From Zootoca vivipara (lineage: Eukaryota), in contig NC_083276.1 in assembly GCF_963506605.1 (NCBI RefSeq), positions 105,028,001 through 105,092,000 of the forward strand: a DNA stretch of 64,000 nt, written 5' to 3'. This document shows positions 12,759-23,952 of the stretch, piece by piece. Positions within the stretch are counted from its first letter, which is position 1, and every line of letters begins with the position of its first letter. The notes under the pieces are model-generated. The model saw only the letters and a program-made list of their open reading frames with translations, was not told the DNA's origin and made no database searches. The position numbers were made by a program, and so were the translations under genes.

Positions 12759-14080
12759 TTGACTTCATATTAGAAGGTAGGACCAGGGCAAGATAAAAAG
12801 GCCCACCTTGCAGAGAAATGAGATGGTGTGATCTTCGCAGGTACTGAAAACAAATACAGGAAAGGACCGTTTTGTGCATGTTCAAAGCACGTACGTGCCG
12901 TTTTCGCACCCAGAAGAGGGTGGAATAGGAGCAGAACAGGGCTGGAACAGGGTCAGGGTCAGGAAGAAGTGGAATGGGCTTTTTCATACTCTGCTGACCC
13001 ACGCAGTGACCCAGAATGCAACCACCCCCCCACAGCCCCTACCTTTAAGGATTTAAGATTGAATAAGATGCAGTTGAATATACCTCCCCCACCCCAAATA
13101 GAAATGATTCTGCCTACATCCCAATGGCACTTAAAAAAAACTTTATTTATAAAGAATGGCTTTTTATAATATTGTAGGATTATTACATAGCGAGAAGACT
13201 AAGCAATATTGGAGATTCGCTGGTAAGTGTGCATTAATAGGGTGCATGTTCCACAAATGCAGTATTTAGGAGCCCATATCTGCACCTTTTATTCTAATTC
13301 TGCTGAAATGCTGCTCCAGAGGAAATAATTTAGCATACGTGTGATTGATGGTTATATGATGAAATATTTTAAATGAGCAATAAAATAGTCAATAAGAAGT
13401 AATGTCCAAATTAGAAACTGGCTGAATTATTAGCAATAAATAATTTCTTTCATGGAATTCATATTTCCCCCTTCTGCAGAATGCTTGCCTAGGTTATCAC
13501 TCAGCTTATTGATTAGTACCAAGGGGGGTGGTCTGGCCTTTCAACCCAAACCCCCACCCAACACGTTTCCCTCTGATATCTGCACACATACTAACTGTAT
13601 CACCTTGTACCGGCAACCAAGTTCTGCCCATGGTAGGCTCCATTTTTATAGGCTGAGCCTTGAAGAACAAGGCAATGAAGAAATTTCTGACACCTTTGCT
13701 GTTACTTGAAGGTAGGTGATTCTGCTGGAAGTGAAGAGGCAATTGTTATCATCTCCACTCCCTCTCTTCAGAGGTTCTCCGTGAGCGGGAGGATTTCTTG
13801 ATCATTTAGGATTCTCTTCCCACGCACACAGACACACCCATTATGTGCCATTATGTGGAAACTCTCTACATGAAACCAATGGGAGAGGTTATCTGGAGAT
13901 GTCCATTGAGGTAGCACCAATATGTGGCTGACACACAGCTCCAGCTCTCCTCATCAAATCTAAGTGAGGCACTTGGTGCTCTGAATCAGTGCCTGGCCAC
14001 CAAAATGGACTGGGTGAAGGCCAATAAGCTGAGATTCAGTCCAGACAAGTGGCTGGTTTCCTATTCAGCTGAATGGGGGT

Positions 14081-14512
14081 TAGAATCATAGAATCATAGA
14101 GTTGGAAGAGACCACAAGGGCCATCCAGTCCAACCCCCTGCCAAGCAGGAAACACCATCAAAGCATTCTTGACATATGCCTGTCAAGCCTCTGCTTAAAG
14201 ACCTCCAAAGAAGGAGACTCCACCACACTCCTTGGGAGCAAATTCCACTGCCGAACAGCTCTTACTGTCAGGAAGTTCTTCCTAATGTTTAGGTGGAATC
14301 TTCTTTCTTGAAGTTTGAATCCATTCCATTGCTACGTGTCCACTTCTCTGGAGCAGCAGAAAACAATCTTTCTCCCTCCTCCATATGACATCCTTTCATA
14401 TATTTGAACATGGCTATCATATCACCCCTTAACCTTCTCTTCTCCAGGCTAAACATACCCAGCTCCCTAAGCCTTTGACCATTTTGGTTGCCCTCTTCTG
14501 GACACTTTTCAG
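14081..14512 (-). mobile_element. CR1 LINE 3' end (young)
   Basis: (TAGAATCA)2 tail on +; near-identical to 51431-51894. Confidence 0.93.
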
Positions 14513-14858
14513 AACGTTGACCTGTCTTTGAGGAAGTTGCACTCCTCCTAAAGCATTAGGTTAGTACACTTTGGGGTGTGTGTGTGTTTTGGATCCAGGC
14601 ACAAATGCCTCAGTGGATCAGACCTCCTTCTACCAACTTATATCACCCAAGACCATATATGAACAGAGATAGCCGAGCTACAATTATCTACACTCTGCTA
14701 ACTTCTGGTTTGCTCTACTGTGGGACTGTCTTTGAAAATGGTCCAAAACAGGGGTAGCAGAAGTTACAGGTAGGTAGCCATGTTGGTCTGCCATTGTCAA
14801 AAGAAAATAAAAAAAATCCTTCCAGTAGCACCTTAGAGACCAACTAAGTTTATCATTG

Positions 14859-14896
14859 GTATGAGCTTTCGTGTGCATGCACACTTCTTCAGATAC
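14859..14896 (-). ncRNA. minimal type I hammerhead ribozyme motif in the PLE pseudo-LTR
   Basis: GUAU-CUGAAGA-A-GUGUGCAUGCACAC-GAAA-GC-UC^AUAC: stem I GUAU/AUAC, complete core, palindromic stem II, palindromic AGCU stem III. Confidence 0.8.
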
Positions 14897-14929
14897 ACTG
14901 AAACAGAAGTCACCAGACCCTTATATATA
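14897..14929 (-). promoter_or_regulatory. TATA box plus Inr of the PLE pseudo-LTR
   Basis: TATATATAAG lies 30 nt upstream of the A of TCAGT; a similar arrangement (TATATAAATAA) occurs in the copy at 23790. Confidence 0.5.
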
Positions 14930-15313
14930 GTGAGAGGGTGGGGAGGGGTATTACTCAGAAGGGTGGTGGGAATGGGTGATTGGGTGATAGTTGTGCTAAA
15001 CCTGCTGACGACTATTAACAACTGATTGGTCTTATAGGAAAAAGCAAGGGGTGAGCTGACTAAAAATAGCTTTATCATGTATAATGAGATAAGAATCCAA
15101 TGTCTCTATTCAGACCAGGTCTCTCCATGGTTTTAAGTTTGGTAATAAATTGCAATTGAGCAACTTCTCTTTCCAGTCTATTTCTGAAATTCTTTTGTAA
15201 TAAGACAGCTACTTTGAGATCTTGTATAGAATGTCCTGGGAGATTGAAGTGTTCTCCTACTGGTTTTGTGATTCCCGATGTCAGATTTATGCCCATTTAT
15301 CCTTTGGCATATA

Positions 15314-15687
15314 GGGACGTGGGTGGCGGTGTGGTTTAAACCACTGAGCATTGGGCTTGCCGATTGGAAGGTCGGCAGTTCGAATCCCTGGAATGGGGTG
15401 AGCTCCCGTTGTTTGGTCGCTGCTCCTGCCAACCTAGCAGTTTGAAAACACGCCAAAAGTGCAAGTGGATAAATAGGTACCGCTCCAGTGGGAAGGTAAA
15501 CTGTGTTTCCATGCACTGCTCTGGATTCGCCAGAAGTGGCTTAGTCATGCTGGTCAGATGACCCGGGAAAACTGTCTGCGGAAGCAGACAAACGCCATCC
15601 TCGACCTTTAAAGCGAGATGAGCACCGCAACCCCAGAGTCATTTGCGACTGGACTTAATTGTCAGGGGTCTCTTTACCTTTACCTTT
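15314..15687 (+). mobile_element. Sauria SINE, full length
   Basis: GGGACGTGGGTGGCG head, GTTCGAATCC B-box, (ACCTTT) tail. Confidence 0.95.
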
Positions 15688-15689
15688 AT

Positions 15690-15900
15690 TAACCTTTAAA
15701 GCCCTAAACAGTTTGTGGCCAGGTTTCCTGAAGGACTGTTTCCTCTTGGGTATTCCTCAATATATCCCTGTTAAATAATGTTCATCAGGTGGCTACCTTT
15801 TCAGTGTTGGCCCCTTTATTATGGCACCTACTCCCTAGTGCTCATCTAGTGGTCATTTCACCAACAGGTGATTCCCAGGCTTCTCCCTTTCAATTATTAT
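15690..15900 (+). mobile_element. L2 ORF2 3' remnant (degenerate)
   Basis: TFKALNSL-PGFLKD..FSVLAPLLW motifs. Confidence 0.6.
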
Positions 15901-16013
15901 TATTGGTAGTATATTTTAGATTTGTTGTATTGATCTTGATCCCTGCTGCATTACTCTGGATTTATTTTGGTTTTTATCCTGTTCTTGATTTCATTCTGTT
16001 TTAGATTTTATGC

Positions 16014-16144
16014 CAGGCATAGGCAAACTCGGCCCTCCAGATGTTTTGGGACTACAACTCCCATCATCCCTAGCTAACAGGACCAGTGGTCAGGGATGAT
16101 GAGAGTTGTAGTCCCAAAACATCTGGAGGGCCGAGTTTGCCTAT
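16014..16144. mobile_element. 136-bp-family hAT MITE, third TIR variant, right end clipped
   Basis: CAGGCATAGGCAAACTC...GAGTTTGCCTAT; same core as 1543-1678. Confidence 0.88.
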
Positions 16145-16479
16145 ACATATCACATGTGCATGTTGTATCTTCAGGTCTTAATTTTGAGAGTGTGTGTGTG
16201 TGGTTCCTAGTGAAAAAGGCAGTTCCTAAAATATCCAGATTTTTTTCGGAAATGCGCAAATTCAGGGGAAATGCAGCTGTGTAGACTTAATATCTCATGC
16301 AAGTTCCTCTTAGCTGTTTGGCAGAGGATCAGCAGGGTGACACATCCAAATGTTTGCATCAGAGAAGCAATGATCTTGTAACAGGCCTTGTGCCCTAAGA
16401 ATGCAATAAATTGTGTTTCTGTGTGTGAATGCCATTTGGGCTGTTCTACATCATTTGCCCAAGCTATACACTCCACACA

Positions 16480-16679
16480 CACTGGTGGAGGAAGAGGAGT
16501 GCGGGGGGGGAGCGCCCCGCCCCCGGCAGCGTGATCCCGGTGGGGTTCTGTTGTGGCTGGCCCCTGCCTGCGCTGGGCACCCCCACCCCCCAGAACGTGC
16601 CCCGGCCCCGCCCCACCCCACCTGCTCTTCACCCCTCTACCCCCCCCCCCCGGTGCTGGAGCATGAAGCTCCGCCACTG
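16480..16679. mobile_element. GC-rich hAT (Tip100-like) MITE
   Basis: TIR CACTGGTGGAG / CTCCGCCACTG; perfect TSD TCCACACA (16472-16479 / 16680-16687). Confidence 0.88.
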
Positions 16680-17243
16680 TCCACACATACAACTGAGTCT
16701 CTGAGGGAGTCCTGCATTACGCTCTCTTGTGAGGAAAAGTCATTTTTCATGTGCAGAAACAGACCTTTGGAATCCAGCCATGGATGTTAAAGTTAAGAGA
16801 AGAGAAAAGTGTGAGGTGAAGGGATCGGGATTAAATTAATAAGCTTTATATATTTAAGAATTAGAATTTTTGGTTTTGCTTTGTTTTGAATAGGCGCATG
16901 TGTGTACTGCAAGCACTAGGGGAATATTAAAAAGAAGAAAAAGTCTGGACTTCCCCCTTTTCTTAAAACAGATAAATGGAAGCCTTAAAAGGGAAATGCT
17001 TTTCCTGCAGAATGCACTGCAAAGCTGACAGGGGCTTATAAACCAGGCCTACCCTGCTGCTTGGGGGAGCTTTATAACTGATTGTTTTAAAACCAAAGTG
17101 ACACCGGAAAGGGTCAAGTAAATAAATATGCATGCCTCACCAGTTCAAAATAATAAAATTCCAATGTGTGCAAGCCTGCTTGTTGAACATATGTTTGAAG
17201 CACGGCTAAGCCATCTGGCTCAATGTCAAGCATTTACACCAAC

Positions 17244-17439
17244 NNNNNNNNNNNNNNNNNNNNNNNNNNNNNNNNNNNNNNNNNNNNNNNNNNNNNNNNN
17301 NNNNNNNNNNNNNNNNNNNNNNNNNNNNNNNNNNNNNNNNNNNNNNNNNNNNNNNNNNNNNNNNNNNNNNNNNNNNNNNNNNNNNNNNNNNNNNNNNNNN
17401 NNNNNNNNNNNNNNNNNNNNNNNNNNNNNNNNNNNNNNN
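17244..17439. other. assembly gap (N run)
   Basis: 196 N. Confidence 0.99.
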
Positions 17440-17899
17440 GTGGGGGTGGAAGCGGTGGTTGAGAGAGAGGGAGAGCGCCAAATGATTAATGAGACTGAAG
17501 GATGGGCGGACCCTGCCCACCTCTGCCCAGACCTCAGTGCCAAGAACTGCATATAAAATTAGTCGGATGCTTTCCGTGCCTTGTCAGGGAGAGTCTCACA
17601 GCCACCTCGGGGGCCTCTTTTATTGGGCCTTGAGGAAACAAAGAGAAAGGAAGCCCCAAGTTCTTCAACACATAAAAAGAGCTTATAAATGGGAACAGAT
17701 ATATCGTCCTTACTATATCATAATTCCTCTGTCATTTGCATCACGCAGCAAGCTGCAAAGCGACGTAATAACCACCCAGGATTGCTGCAGATGAGAGCTT
17801 GGGCTGCCTGGCTCTTTTAAATTCCTAAATGGGCTGAACAGATGCCAATGAAGTCCAAATAAGGGTGCACATAAAGGAGAGAGGGGAGAAACTGGGTAC

Positions 17900-18387
17900 A
17901 AACTGGTGGGAAATGAATTCCTGGAGTTGGACAGATTTTCACCACTCGGCAACACAGCAGTGCATAGTTTACTTGTGGCATTTGCTGGCAGAAGAGGTGG
18001 GGACAACAACCATTTGAGATGGCTTGGCCAAGAGATGGGGACAGCTACCATTTTAGATGTCTTTAAAAGGGAGTTAGATTGATTCGTGGTGGATGTGGCT
18101 ACTAGGCATGACGGCTCTATACAACCTCCCAGGAGCAGAGGCAGTTTATCAGTTTGGGGGAAGCAACAAGAAGAAAGGGCTTTCTCCCTCTTGTAGGGAT
18201 GGAGGATAAATTCAATTCACGTTGTGTTGAAAGGTTAACCTCCCCCACTTGCACTTTTTGAAACAATGCGTGAACCAGAACGCAGGCATCTTTCAAAACT
18301 TGCACTTCTCCCAATTTTGCAATGCAGTTCTCCAGCTGTGTAATATGTTCAAAAACGCATCTATGGGAATAAAGTGTGCATAGAAAT

Positions 18388-18423
<36 letters not shown>

Positions 18424-18790
18424 TGGTGTTTTAAAAAATGCATACACGGCATCCAGAAACTGCTTTGCAAAAATGTGTCTATTAGGGAAAATTGCATGCC
18501 AAATATGTCTATCAAGAGAAATTCACACGAAAATGCTGGTGAATTTTCATCGGGCATTTAAAATAATAACAATAACAATAATTCACACTGATGTGGAAAT
18601 ATAAAGAAATATGGGGAGGGGAACAAAGAAACTGGGTCAAACCAAAATGGTCTGATTCGCCCAGCCCTACCCATTTGTCCTGCTTGTGGGCTTCCTGTAG
18701 GAATCTGCCTGACCACTATGGGAAACAGGATGCTAACGTAGATACGGTAGGCCTTTGGTTCTGGGCCAGGGCTCGTCTGATATTCTTGAC
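17900..18790 (+). mobile_element. old CR1 3' remnant, interrupted by a MITE
   Basis: TTTAAAAGGGAGTTAGA..; terminal CCTGCTTGTGGGCTTCC..GGGAAACAGGATGCT as at 3640-3790. Confidence 0.55.
18194..18669. mobile_element. hAT (Ac-like) non-autonomous element
   Basis: termini TAGGGATGG / CCAGCCCTA; TSD CCCTCTTG / CCCATTTG (6/8); homologous to 46497-47407; contains (TG)n at 18390-18422. Confidence 0.75.
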
Positions 18791-20655
18791 ATATTGGCTT
18801 GTGCTTAGTATTCTACTACGTTTGCCTCTATTTTCTTTGAAAGTCTGCAAGTATGAAGCCCCCACCAAGCCCCCACTCTCTCTGCTTTAAGGCATTTTTA
18901 TTTCTCAAGACTTTTTTAATTATCAAATTATTTTCTGCTAACTCTTGCATTTGTTATTATGCTGATGGGTTTTTATATGTTTAGTCCCATATTGAATTGT
19001 GGGCTATTGTTGTTTTACAAAAATGTTCATATAAGGCTCCTTGGGGAGGGGGGAATTATTTTAAAGGACAGAGTATATACTATATGTCTAAATAAATGAG
19101 TGCCAGTTGGGCAGAAGCAAGCAGCAGAGTGATCAGTAGTAGTCTCACAGCGTAATTCATTAGTTAACTCGTTAAAGGACATCTAAATTTCTGTGTGCAC
19201 ATTTGCTTAAAAATCCAAGCATGGAGATCCCTGAGCACAAGAACTGAACTTCACATTCACACAGAGTAGCTTTACAAATGCATAGCTATGTTACCTCCAC
19301 TACGGTGAATGGAAATGGAATTATGGGATGAGTAAAGGGAGAACATGTAAGACTCTGGATAAGAAACTGACAGTGCAATCCCAATTCTACATGGAAGTAA
19401 GTCCCATTGAACTCCTAAGTACATGTGTACTGTATATATAAGATTGCAGCCCTAATGTGCTACGTAGGTTTGTGGGCAATGGAAACGTGTGTTAAGACAG
19501 TATTCATACTTGGTGCCTGAAAAAAGCAGGGTTTTAATACAACAAAGACTACCTAGAAATTTCAGACAACCATTTACAAAGCAAATATATTGGATTAACA
19601 TGTTTTTACCCCTCTTTTTTTAAAAAATGGCAACCCTGATTGTTGATTTGGATTTGAAATAAATTTGGTGATTTGGATTTAATATGAATGTTAGACATGA
19701 TTTCCTCTTCACTCTTACTTTTAATTAACTTTTTAATTGAGATTTAAATGAGTTCTAATGAACACAATTGGTAGCCTAATTGATTTGCTGCCACAGCATA
19801 GTGAGTGATCAGTATGCAGCCAGCATTTTAATATACTATTCTTGCATGTCAAACAGTCTACAGGTTAATATTTGGGTAGCGGTTCGCTAAAGTGTGCTAA
19901 AAACCATGATTTACTCTTGGATAGAAAGTAACTTTTTGGCATATTCACTGTGATTTTAAAATTCGGCAATTGTGTTATTGGCCTTTTAACACCTGTAGCA
20001 TGACGCCTCTTTGTCTGGATAAAGACTGTTTTAAACCTGTAAACATGGATGTATGCACACATTTTTGAAAGGGTAGTGTTCACACACTAAAATGTACAAC
20101 ACATAAAAAAACTAAAATAATTAGAAATTTATAAATATCTAATTGTTTTAATGCTTAAATTATAGCTACCCATTGGCTGTTCTTTTTAAAGGAGGGTGAT
20201 TAAATGAATCTCTGGAAAATTGTATTCTTTTATCATGTTAATAACAATGAACGGGTGAGAAAATATATTATGACATAGTTAAACATAAGGCTATAATTTC
20301 TAAACTGCATAAATTACATGTTTTCCCCTATTATGATCCAGACAGACAAAATGAACATTTTTTGAAAGAAAATGACCAACGCATGATTAATTGCAAAGCT
20401 CACAGATTTTGCAGCTTCAAGAGTAAATCAACTGCTAAGAAGTGCTAACTTGCTAAAATATAAACTAATTTTAGTCTCTGGATATTAAAATATAATCCAT
20501 CTTCTTCCTCCATTGGGAAAGCTAATTAGAAATTGTGACTGGCACAAGGAGAAGCTGAGAACACTGGGATTAAGTTCACTTGCTTGAAATCTGAACTCAA
20601 GAAAATCTGAACTCGAGAAAAACTGGCCAGCTTTTTCCACATTTCACTACATTTA

Positions 20656-20809
20656 NNNNNNNNNNNNNNNNNNNNNNNNNNNNNNNNNNNNNNNNNNNNN
20701 NNNNNNNNNNNNNNNNNNNNNNNNNNNNNNNNNNNNNNNNNNNNNNNNNNNNNNNNNNNNNNNNNNNNNNNNNNNNNNNNNNNNNNNNNNNNNNNNNNNN
20801 NNNNNNNNN
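20656..20809. other. assembly gap (N run)
   Basis: 154 N. Confidence 0.99.
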
Positions 20810-21304
20810 GCCCTGGTGCTAAAACAATGCCCAAACCATTCAAAAGATACAAAAATCAGTTCATAATTAGAACAGTGTTTGTTATGTACCGAGTGGGAAG
20901 GGGTTTCAACAGACAGCATAAAAACTAACATCCTGGGGTCACTGGCCTGAAATCCAGCTCTAGTTGTGCATCACGAACTAATTGCCTTGAATAGGAATGT
21001 TGCTCTTCTATCTGCATCAAAAGATTTATCAAGCCAATTCAGTGGAGTACATATGAGCATTGTGATGTGGATGCATTGCATATCCAAATGCAGATTGCTT
21101 CGAGATTAGCTAGGCACGTGGAGGACAGCTTCCACACATGGGTTTCCCTTACAAAACCAGGGTGAATTGATTTAAGGGACCACATCTTGATGAATGGCTC
21201 CCAGAATTCAATGACCCATTTCACCAAAAAAATTCTATGGGATTGCTTTTGGCATCACTTTCCGTCATCAGGACATCTACACATCTCAGCAGAACAGCCC
21301 ACCC

Positions 21305-21715
21305 ATTTAACCTTCAGTTACCCTCACATAGATTGCATCAACGCATGCTTGGAGCGCAACGAAATTTCTCGAAATGATTGTCACTTAGAAGAGTTGGCCA
21401 TCAAAGCAACCAGAGAGGAGGTGACCCTGGACTCAATCCTGTGTGGCACCAAGGAACAGATGAGAGATGTTAAGTGTTGTCAAACTGATTAGAAGCACCG
21501 TCCATAATGCTATCAGATTCAACATATATGCAAAAGCCCAACAGTGTCACAGTTGAGGTCAATGGAAAAGAACTTTTTAAAAAACGAGAGGTCGTTTTAG
21601 AAAAGTAGAAAGGGAGAGCCAAGAGGATCAATTCTCTCCGAAATGCTTGGAAATTATTTTAAATGACAACAATGGAAGCTCAGCTAGGATGTACAGTATT
21701 CCACAGATTAGGAAC
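21305..21715 (+). mobile_element. old CR1 ORF2 APE-endonuclease/linker remnant
   Basis: FSYPHID..LEELAIKATREEVTLDSIL resembles GDFNYPxIDW..LxQxVxxxTRxxxxLDLIL. Confidence 0.7.
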
Positions 21716-21839
21716 CTGCCATGCACATTGCTCCTGTGGTTTGGACCCTTTTGTAGATTTCTGCCACCATCCTGTGTATAAGCACTTGGGCCGCCGGATT
21801 GTGGGGAAATGTTCTTGAAGGCCTGCTCCGTCCAAGTCT

Positions 21840-21995
21840 GACCTTGGGTGTCCTTGGGCCAGTCTCTGTCTCTTAGCATAACCCACCTCACAGGGTTGTT
21901 GTGAAGATAAAATGAATAGGGGAAGAACCATGCGTTCCACCTCGAGCTCATCGGATGAAAAGGTGGCATATAAAGGTAACAAATAAATAAATAAA
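21840..21995 (+). mobile_element. MIR-like CORE SINE, 3' part
   Basis: CCTTGGGCCAGTC..ACCTCACAGGGTTGTTGTGAAGATAAA..(AATA)n. Confidence 0.75.
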
Positions 21996-22019
21996 GATCA
22001 AATAACTGTACATCGACAG

Positions 22020-22620
22020 TTATTTGTTTTATTTATTAGATTTCTATATCGACCTTCATCAAAAGATATTCAGCGCAGTTCACAAGATAAAAACACAATT
22101 ATATATACAAATATATAATTATAACAGAATATAATTATAACAGAACCAACAAAACAACTCCCCCCTCCTTCCACAAACACATTTAAAAGGCTGTATAATA
22201 TTAATTAAGGGACCCAGGTGGCGCTGTGGTTAAACCACTGAGCCTAGGGCTTGCTGATCAGAAGGTCAGCGGTTCGAATCCCTGTGACAGGGTTAGCTCC
22301 CGTTGCTTGGTCCCAGCTCCTGCCAACCTAGCAGTTCGAAAGCACGTCAAAGTGCAAGTAGATAAATAGGAACCGCTACAGCGGGAAGGTAAACGGCGTT
22401 TCCATGTGCTGCTCTGGTTTGGCAGAAGTGGCTTTGTCATGCTGGCCACATGACCTGGAAGCTATACGCCGGCTCCCTCGGCCAATAATGCGAGATGAGC
22501 GCGCAACCCCAGAGTCGGTCACGACTGGACCTAATGGTCAGGGGTCCCTTTACCTTTACCTTATAATATTAATTGGCCAACAACCTGGTTGAAGATTGAT
22601 GTTTTTGCCTGGCACCTAAA
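22020..22620 (-). mobile_element. L2 3' end remnant, interrupted by a Sauria SINE
   Basis: (TTTA)n tail and ..GCAGTTCACAA; distal TTTTTGCCTGGCACCTAAA. Confidence 0.5.
22209..22561 (+). mobile_element. Sauria SINE, full length (young)
   Basis: 13-bp TSD TATAATATTAATT (22194-22206 / 22562-22574); intact CpGs. Confidence 0.96.
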
Positions 22621-22849
22621 AATTTATGAGGAAGTTAGCACTTGAAAAGCAAATACAGCAGGCCACCTACTGACAGTTTTCCCCACGATGGTCAGCGGTG
22701 ATGTATATTTTATTTAAATAATAGAAAATATTTCTATGTTTCTAAGCTACATGCATAGACAGCTGTTGTGCAAAGTTGTGTCCTCTATTGTCCTCTTTTT
22801 CTGGTGATGTGTGAATGGGTTAGCCTACCAAGAGAATGGGGAATGAGCA

Positions 22850-23410
22850 AGGAAATTGTTTTTTAAAAAACCTAAGAAGTTTTGCCCAAAGGATAACAAA
22901 ATCTGGCAAAGCAAATGTCAATTTAGGAGCATATTGCTAGAACATTAAAGACCAACAATAAAAATCTTAAATACTGTCCCAAATGTGTTTTCCAATAGCT
23001 GATGAAATGAAAGCTGTGATAAAAGGAGGAAATGGAGTTTTCAGAGGTGTTGAATGATTTGTGTTTGTATGGCTGACTTCACTGAGAAAGATGCAGGAGA
23101 GATATCCATGCCTGAACCAACTTTTCAAAGGAGCAAATGTGAAGAACTCAGTCAAGTGGAGGTGACATGAGATGAAGTTCTAGGATGAGAAGCATTATTA
23201 AACTCTAAAACGATCAAGCATGAAGAGCCTTGCTCAAGAAGAATCAGCATGGCTTTGGCAAAGGAAAGCTCTGTTTCACTAACCTTCTCTGAGAGTGTCA
23301 ACAAGGATGTCAACAAGGGACAGGGGGGTTCTGGTAGAAACGGTATACTTGGACTTTCAAAAAGCTTTTGTCTTTCACCTAAGACACTTGAGTAAGCTTT
23401 GCAGGAGCGG
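22850..23410 (+). mobile_element. old CR1 RT remnant
   Basis: NQHGFGKGKLCFTNL..VETVYLDFQKAF. Confidence 0.75.
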
Positions 23411-23712
23411 GCAACAAAATAGCAACTATTGTTCAGCAGAAATAAGTGTAACGTGATACACATTTGAGGGGGGGGGGAGAAACACCCTTAAGTTCAAAAC
23501 TATCCTGATGGCATCTAAGCTGGTCAGAATCAGACCAAGGGTCCATTTAGCTTAGTACTGTCTGCTCAACTGGCAATAGTAATATTTTATAGCACTGCTG
23601 CCTGAGGGTCAAAGTTCACATAATGTGGTATATCTTCTTACTATATTTTAATTAAAAGCAGCGGAGAGGAATTCTTCAAATTTGATCACTCATGAATCTC
23701 ACATAAGGGAGC

Positions 23713-23952
23713 AGTCATCACCAGTCGTTAACAGCCATCAACAGGTTTACCACTCCTACCAGCCCAGCACCCATTCCCCCCCCCCTCTGTATATAAATAA
23801 GGGTCTGGCTCTTCTGTTTCAAGTGTATCTGACTGAAGTGTGCATGCACACGAATGCTCATACCAAAATAAAAACTTAGTTGGTCTTTAAGGTGCTACTG
23901 AAGGAATTTTTTTATTTTGCTTCAACTCAGACCAACACGGCTACCTACCATA
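23713..23952 (+). mobile_element. Penelope-like pseudo-LTR fragment with a degenerate hammerhead
   Basis: homologous to 14763-15030; TSD ATAAGGGAGC (23703-23712 / 23953-23962); core mutated (CTGACTGAA, GAAT). Confidence 0.85.

Larger units (their letters stand above)
14763..15308 (-). mobile_element. Penelope-like element: GIY-YIG endonuclease C-terminus plus 3' pseudo-LTR
   Basis: QRINGHKSDI..KPVGEHFNLPGHSIQDLKV..REVAQLQFITKLKT..PGLNRDIGFLSHY, typical of a PLE GIY-YIG C-terminus; the pLTR is shared with 23713, 53276 and 56046. Confidence 0.9.

Noticed and set aside
23825-23863. Hammerhead copy on the + strand
   Set aside because: Core disrupted (CTGACTGAA, and GAAT instead of GAAA); not called functional
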